Positions 60,665 through 64,000 of a stretch of DNA of 64,000 nt are shown here, in pieces (position 1 is the stretch's first letter; the number at the start of each line of letters is the position of its first letter). Origin of the DNA: Escherichia coli (GTDB lineage: Bacteria > Pseudomonadota > Gammaproteobacteria > Enterobacterales > Enterobacteriaceae); the NCBI RefSeq assembly GCF_013122565.1, contig NZ_CP053258.1; one strand, 5' to 3'. A program made the translations under genes and the position numbers. The notes under the pieces were generated by a model. It searched no databases. It worked only from the letters and a program-made list of their open reading frames with translations, and was not told the DNA's origin.

Positions 60665-61357
60665 ATGCCTTTAAGCGCACAACAGTTAGCTGCACAGAAA
60701 AACCTTTCGTATGTTCTGGCTGAGAAGCTGGCGCAACGGATCTTAAAAGGTGAATATGAACCCGGCACCATTTTGCCTGGTGAGATTGAGCTGGGCGAGC
60801 AATTTGGAGTGAGTCGTACAGCGGTACGCGAAGCGGTCAAAACGTTAACGGCAAAAGGGATGGTTTTACCGCGACCGCGAATTGGTACCCGGGTCATGCC
60901 ACAATCAAACTGGAATTTTCTTGATCAGGAATTGCTTACCTGGTGGATGACAGAAGAGAACTTTCATCAGGTCATCGATCACTTTCTGGTTATGCGTATC
61001 TGTCTGGAGCCACAAGCTTGCCTACTGGCAGCAACGGTTGGCACCGCGGAACAGAAGGCGCATCTCAATACGTTAATGGCCGAAATGGCGGCATTAAAAG
61101 AGAACTTTCGCCGTGAACGCTGGATCGAAGTCGATATGGCCTGGCATGAGCATATCTATGAAATGAGCGCCAATCCTTTTTTGACCTCATTCGCCTCGCT
61201 ATTCCATTCGGTTTATCACACTTACTTCACGTCAATTACCAGCGACACAGTGATAAAGCTGGATCTGCACCAGGCGATTGTCGATGCGATTATCCAAAGC
61301 GATGGCGACGCGGCATTTAAAGCTTGTCAGGCGCTGCTACGCTCACCTGATAAGTGA
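60665..61357 (+). CDS. yieP: GntR/FadR-family transcriptional regulator YieP (230 aa)
   Basis: N-terminal wHTH ILPGEIELGEQFGVSRTAVREAVKTLTAKGMV plus FCD-type C-terminal domain. Confidence 0.9.
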   Translation: MPLSAQQLAAQKNLSYVLAEKLAQRILKGEYEPGTILPGEIELGEQFGVSRTAVREAVKTLTAKGMVLPRPRIGTRVMPQSNWNFLDQELLTWWMTEENFHQVIDHFLVMRICLEPQACLLAATVGTAEQKAHLNTLMAEMAALKENFRRERWIEVDMAWHEHIYEMSANPFLTSFASLFHSVYHTYFTSITSDTVIKLDLHQAIVDAIIQSDGDAAFKACQALLRSPDK

Positions 61358-61379
61358 TAACCCGATAACAGGACATTGA

Positions 61380-62807
61380 ATGAGCGATAAAAAGAAGCGC
61401 AGTATGGCGGGTTTGCCGTGGATCGCGGCGATGGCCTTCTTCATGCAGGCACTTGATGCCACTATTCTGAATACCGCCTTACCCGCAATCGCTCATAGCC
61501 TTAATCGTTCTCCTCTCGCGATGCAATCAGCCATCATCAGTTATACGCTGACGGTGGCGATGCTTATTCCGGTAAGCGGATGGCTAGCCGATCGCTTCGG
61601 TACGCGTCGCATTTTTACCCTTGCCGTGAGTCTGTTCACGTTGGGTTCTCTGGCCTGCGCACTTTCTAATTCGCTACCACAGCTGGTTGTCTTCCGGGTT
61701 ATTCAGGGGATAGGCGGCGCAATGATGATGCCTGTTGCTCGGCTGGCCTTACTGCGTGCTTATCCTCGTAATGAACTTCTTCCGGTATTGAATTTTGTCG
61801 CTATGCCGGGTCTGGTGGGGCCAATTTTAGGCCCCGTACTTGGCGGCGTGCTGGTCACCTGGGCAACCTGGCACTGGATATTTTTAATCAATATCCCCAT
61901 AGGTATTGCGGGCCTTCTTTACGCGCGCAAACATATGCCCAATTTCACCACCGCACGACGCAGATTCGATATCATTGGCTTCTTGCTGTTTGGCCTTAGC
62001 CTTGTTCTCTTCTCAAGCGGAATAGAGCTATTCGGGGAAAAGATTGTCGCCAGCTGGATTGCCTTGACGGTGATAGTCACCAGCATCGGGTTACTGCTTC
62101 TCTATATTCTCCATGCGCGACGCACACCAAACCCATTAATTTCATTAGATTTATTTAAAACCCGCACTTTCTCGATCGGTATCGTAGGCAATATTGCAAC
62201 CCGTCTGGGGACCGGCTGTGTACCGTTCCTTATGCCATTGATGTTACAGGTAGGATTTGGTTATCAGGCGTTTATTGCTGGCTGTATGATGGCACCGACA
62301 GCGTTAGGTTCCATTATTGCAAAATCGATGGTTACCCAAGTCTTACGTCGTCTGGGCTATCGCCATACGTTAGTGGGGATCACGGTGATTATTGGGCTAA
62401 TGATCGCTCAGTTCTCTTTGCAATCACCGGCAATGGCGATATGGATGCTGATCTTGCCGTTGTTTATATTAGGGATGGCTATGTCGACGCAATTTACCGC
62501 GATGAATACCATCACACTTGCCGATCTGACCGATGACAACGCCAGCAGCGGTAACAGTGTTCTGGCGGTCACGCAGCAACTGTCTATCAGTTTAGGCGTT
62601 GCTGTAAGTGCGGCCGTCCTTCGCGTTTATGAAGGGATGGAAGGCACAACGACTGTCGAACAATTCCACTATACGTTTATAACGATGGGCATTATTACTG
62701 TTGCTTCAGCAGCAATGTTCATGCTTCTGAAAACAACCGATGGTAATAATTTGATCAAAAGACAGCGTAAATCTAAGCCGAACCGCGTTCCATCAGAATC
62801 GGAGTAA
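61380..62807 (+). CDS. hsrA: MFS efflux transporter HsrA/YieO (475 aa)
   Basis: 14-TM drug:H+ antiporter-like MFS sequence; 22 bp after yieP. Confidence 0.9.
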   Translation: MSDKKKRSMAGLPWIAAMAFFMQALDATILNTALPAIAHSLNRSPLAMQSAIISYTLTVAMLIPVSGWLADRFGTRRIFTLAVSLFTLGSLACALSNSLPQLVVFRVIQGIGGAMMMPVARLALLRAYPRNELLPVLNFVAMPGLVGPILGPVLGGVLVTWATWHWIFLINIPIGIAGLLYARKHMPNFTTARRRFDIIGFLLFGLSLVLFSSGIELFGEKIVASWIALTVIVTSIGLLLLYILHARRTPNPLISLDLFKTRTFSIGIVGNIATRLGTGCVPFLMPLMLQVGFGYQAFIAGCMMAPTALGSIIAKSMVTQVLRRLGYRHTLVGITVIIGLMIAQFSLQSPAMAIWMLILPLFILGMAMSTQFTAMNTITLADLTDDNASSGNSVLAVTQQLSISLGVAVSAAVLRVYEGMEGTTTVEQFHYTFITMGIITVASAAMFMLLKTTDGNNLIKRQRKSKPNRVPSESE

Positions 62808-63765
62808 GTTGTAATCGTTGTTGCTGAAGGGTCGGCTGGGTTATCCGATGGATGAGTACATCAATCGCCAGCTCCCCCAGTTCATCTTTCGGTTGGTGGA
62901 TAGTGGTTAATGGTGGCGTCATAAATCTTGCCAGTTCGATATCGTCATAGCCAATCACCGCGATATCCTGCGGAACCTGTAACTCTGCCTGATACAGCGC
63001 CTGGTAAACGCCAACAGCCATAGCGTCATTTCCGGTAAAGACAGCCTGAGGACGCAGCGGATGTGATAACAGTTGGCGCATGGCGTCAAACCCGCCGTTA
63101 AATTCAAAATCACCAGTGACTTCATAGCCATCAGGAATGTTGAGACCCGCACGTTTCATCGCCGCCCGATAACCTTCCAACCGCAGGCGCGCCGGAGTTT
63201 TATCCAGCGGACCGGTAATACAGGCGATACGGGTATGACCTTTATCGATCAGATATTGCGTTGCTAAGTCTCCGCCCAGCAACGAGTTATCCTGAATAAG
63301 ATCGCTGTCGCCATCGAACGGAGCCCAGTCCATCATCACGGTAGGCACTGTCGGATAACGTTGCATGATTTCACGCGAAGGTTGATGCGTTTCGGTGCAC
63401 AGTAACAGCAAGCCATCAACGCGTTTTTGCATCAGCGTTTCCAGATTGCGATTCATCCGCTGTTCATCGCCTTCGGTATTGCAAAGGACGAGACTATAAC
63501 CGCGTTCGAAGCAGCTGCGTTCAACGCCACGCACCAGTTCTGAATAGAAAGGATTGGTACTGGCAGTGATCAACATGCCAATGGTATGTGTTTGATTGAG
63601 CTTGAGGCTACGCGCCAGAGCTGATGGCGCGTAATTGAGTTCTTTAATCGCCGCTTCAACTTTGGCGGTAATCGCTTCACTGACGAAGCGATCTTTATTG
63701 ATAACGTGAGAAACTGTTGAGGTAGAAACGCCCGCCTGGCGGGCAACATCTTTCATTGTAGCCAA
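62773..63765 (-). CDS. rbsR: Ribose operon repressor RbsR, LacI family (330 aa)
   Basis: [58 protein letters not shown]; 3' end overlaps hsrA 3' end by 35 bp. Confidence 0.95.
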   Translation of the reverse strand: MATMKDVARQAGVSTSTVSHVINKDRFVSEAITAKVEAAIKELNYAPSALARSLKLNQTHTIGMLITASTNPFYSELVRGVERSCFERGYSLVLCNTEGDEQRMNRNLETLMQKRVDGLLLLCTETHQPSREIMQRYPTVPTVMMDWAPFDGDSDLIQDNSLLGGDLATQYLIDKGHTRIACITGPLDKTPARLRLEGYRAAMKRAGLNIPDGYEVTGDFEFNGGFDAMRQLLSHPLRPQAVFTGNDAMAVGVYQALYQAELQVPQDIAVIGYDDIELARFMTPPLTTIHQPKDELGELAIDVLIHRITQPTLQQQRLQLTPILMERGSA

Positions 63766-63768
63766 GCG

Positions 63769-64000
63769 TCACCTCTGCCTGTCTAAAAATGCGTCGATCT
63801 CTTCACGCCACGGTACGGAAGGTTGTGCGCCTTTACGTGTTACGGCAATCGCAGCGGCAGCATGGGCAAACCGAATCGCCTCTGGCAATGGTTTTTCTTC
63901 CAGCAACGCCGTGATTAACGCGCCGTTAAAGGTATCTCCGGCAGCAATGGTATCGACAGCCTGCACCCGGAATCCAGGAACGCGCTGACCTTCACCATTC
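63769..64000 (-). CDS. rbsK: Ribokinase RbsK, C-terminal part (gene continues beyond window end)
   Basis: C-terminal ribokinase sequence ...TIAAGDTFNGALITALLEEKPLPEAIRFAHAAAAIAVTRKGAQPSVPWREEIDAFLDRQR ending 3 bp upstream of rbsR start. Confidence 0.85.
   Translation of the reverse strand, partial: NGEGQRVPGFRVQAVDTIAAGDTFNGALITALLEEKPLPEAIRFAHAAAAIAVTRKGAQPSVPWREEIDAFLDRQR

Noticed and set aside
62773-62807. 35-bp overlap of the convergent 3' ends of hsrA and rbsR
   Set aside because: Small convergent overlaps are common and both reading frames are individually well supported; not evidence of a fused or novel gene.

Overview
The window is an Escherichia coli-type chromosomal segment, in reverse orientation relative to how I recall the K-12 map, running uvrD(partial)-yigB-xerC-yigA-dapF-yifL / cyaY / cyaA / hemCDXY / glmZ / aslA-aslB / argX-hisR-leuT-proM tRNA operon / yifK / the 12-gene wec (enterobacterial common antigen) cluster / rho-rhoL-trxA / rhlB-gppA / rep / yifN-ppiC / ilvC-ilvY / ilvLGMEDA / comM-yifE-hdfR / the rrnC rRNA operon / yieP-hsrA / rbsR-rbsK(partial). 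Almost all of it is conserved core genome and was assigned by recognising protein sequences, canonical tRNA and rRNA ends, leader peptides and promoter hexamers directly in the sequence; no search was run. Three spots differ from what I remember of K-12 and are the best candidates for undescribed biology: (1) a ~2.9 kb insert between yifL and cyaY carrying two translationally coupled, paralogous, signal-peptide-bearing repeat proteins (DKNYY-like); (2) a 199-aa two-helix membrane protein ORF wedged between the hemY terminator and the glmZ terminator; (3) an intact PemK/MazF-like toxin homolog (yifN) with no adjacent antitoxin. ilvG is intact (548 aa), so the strain is not wild-type K-12. No CRISPR array, integrase, transposase or prophage gene was seen.
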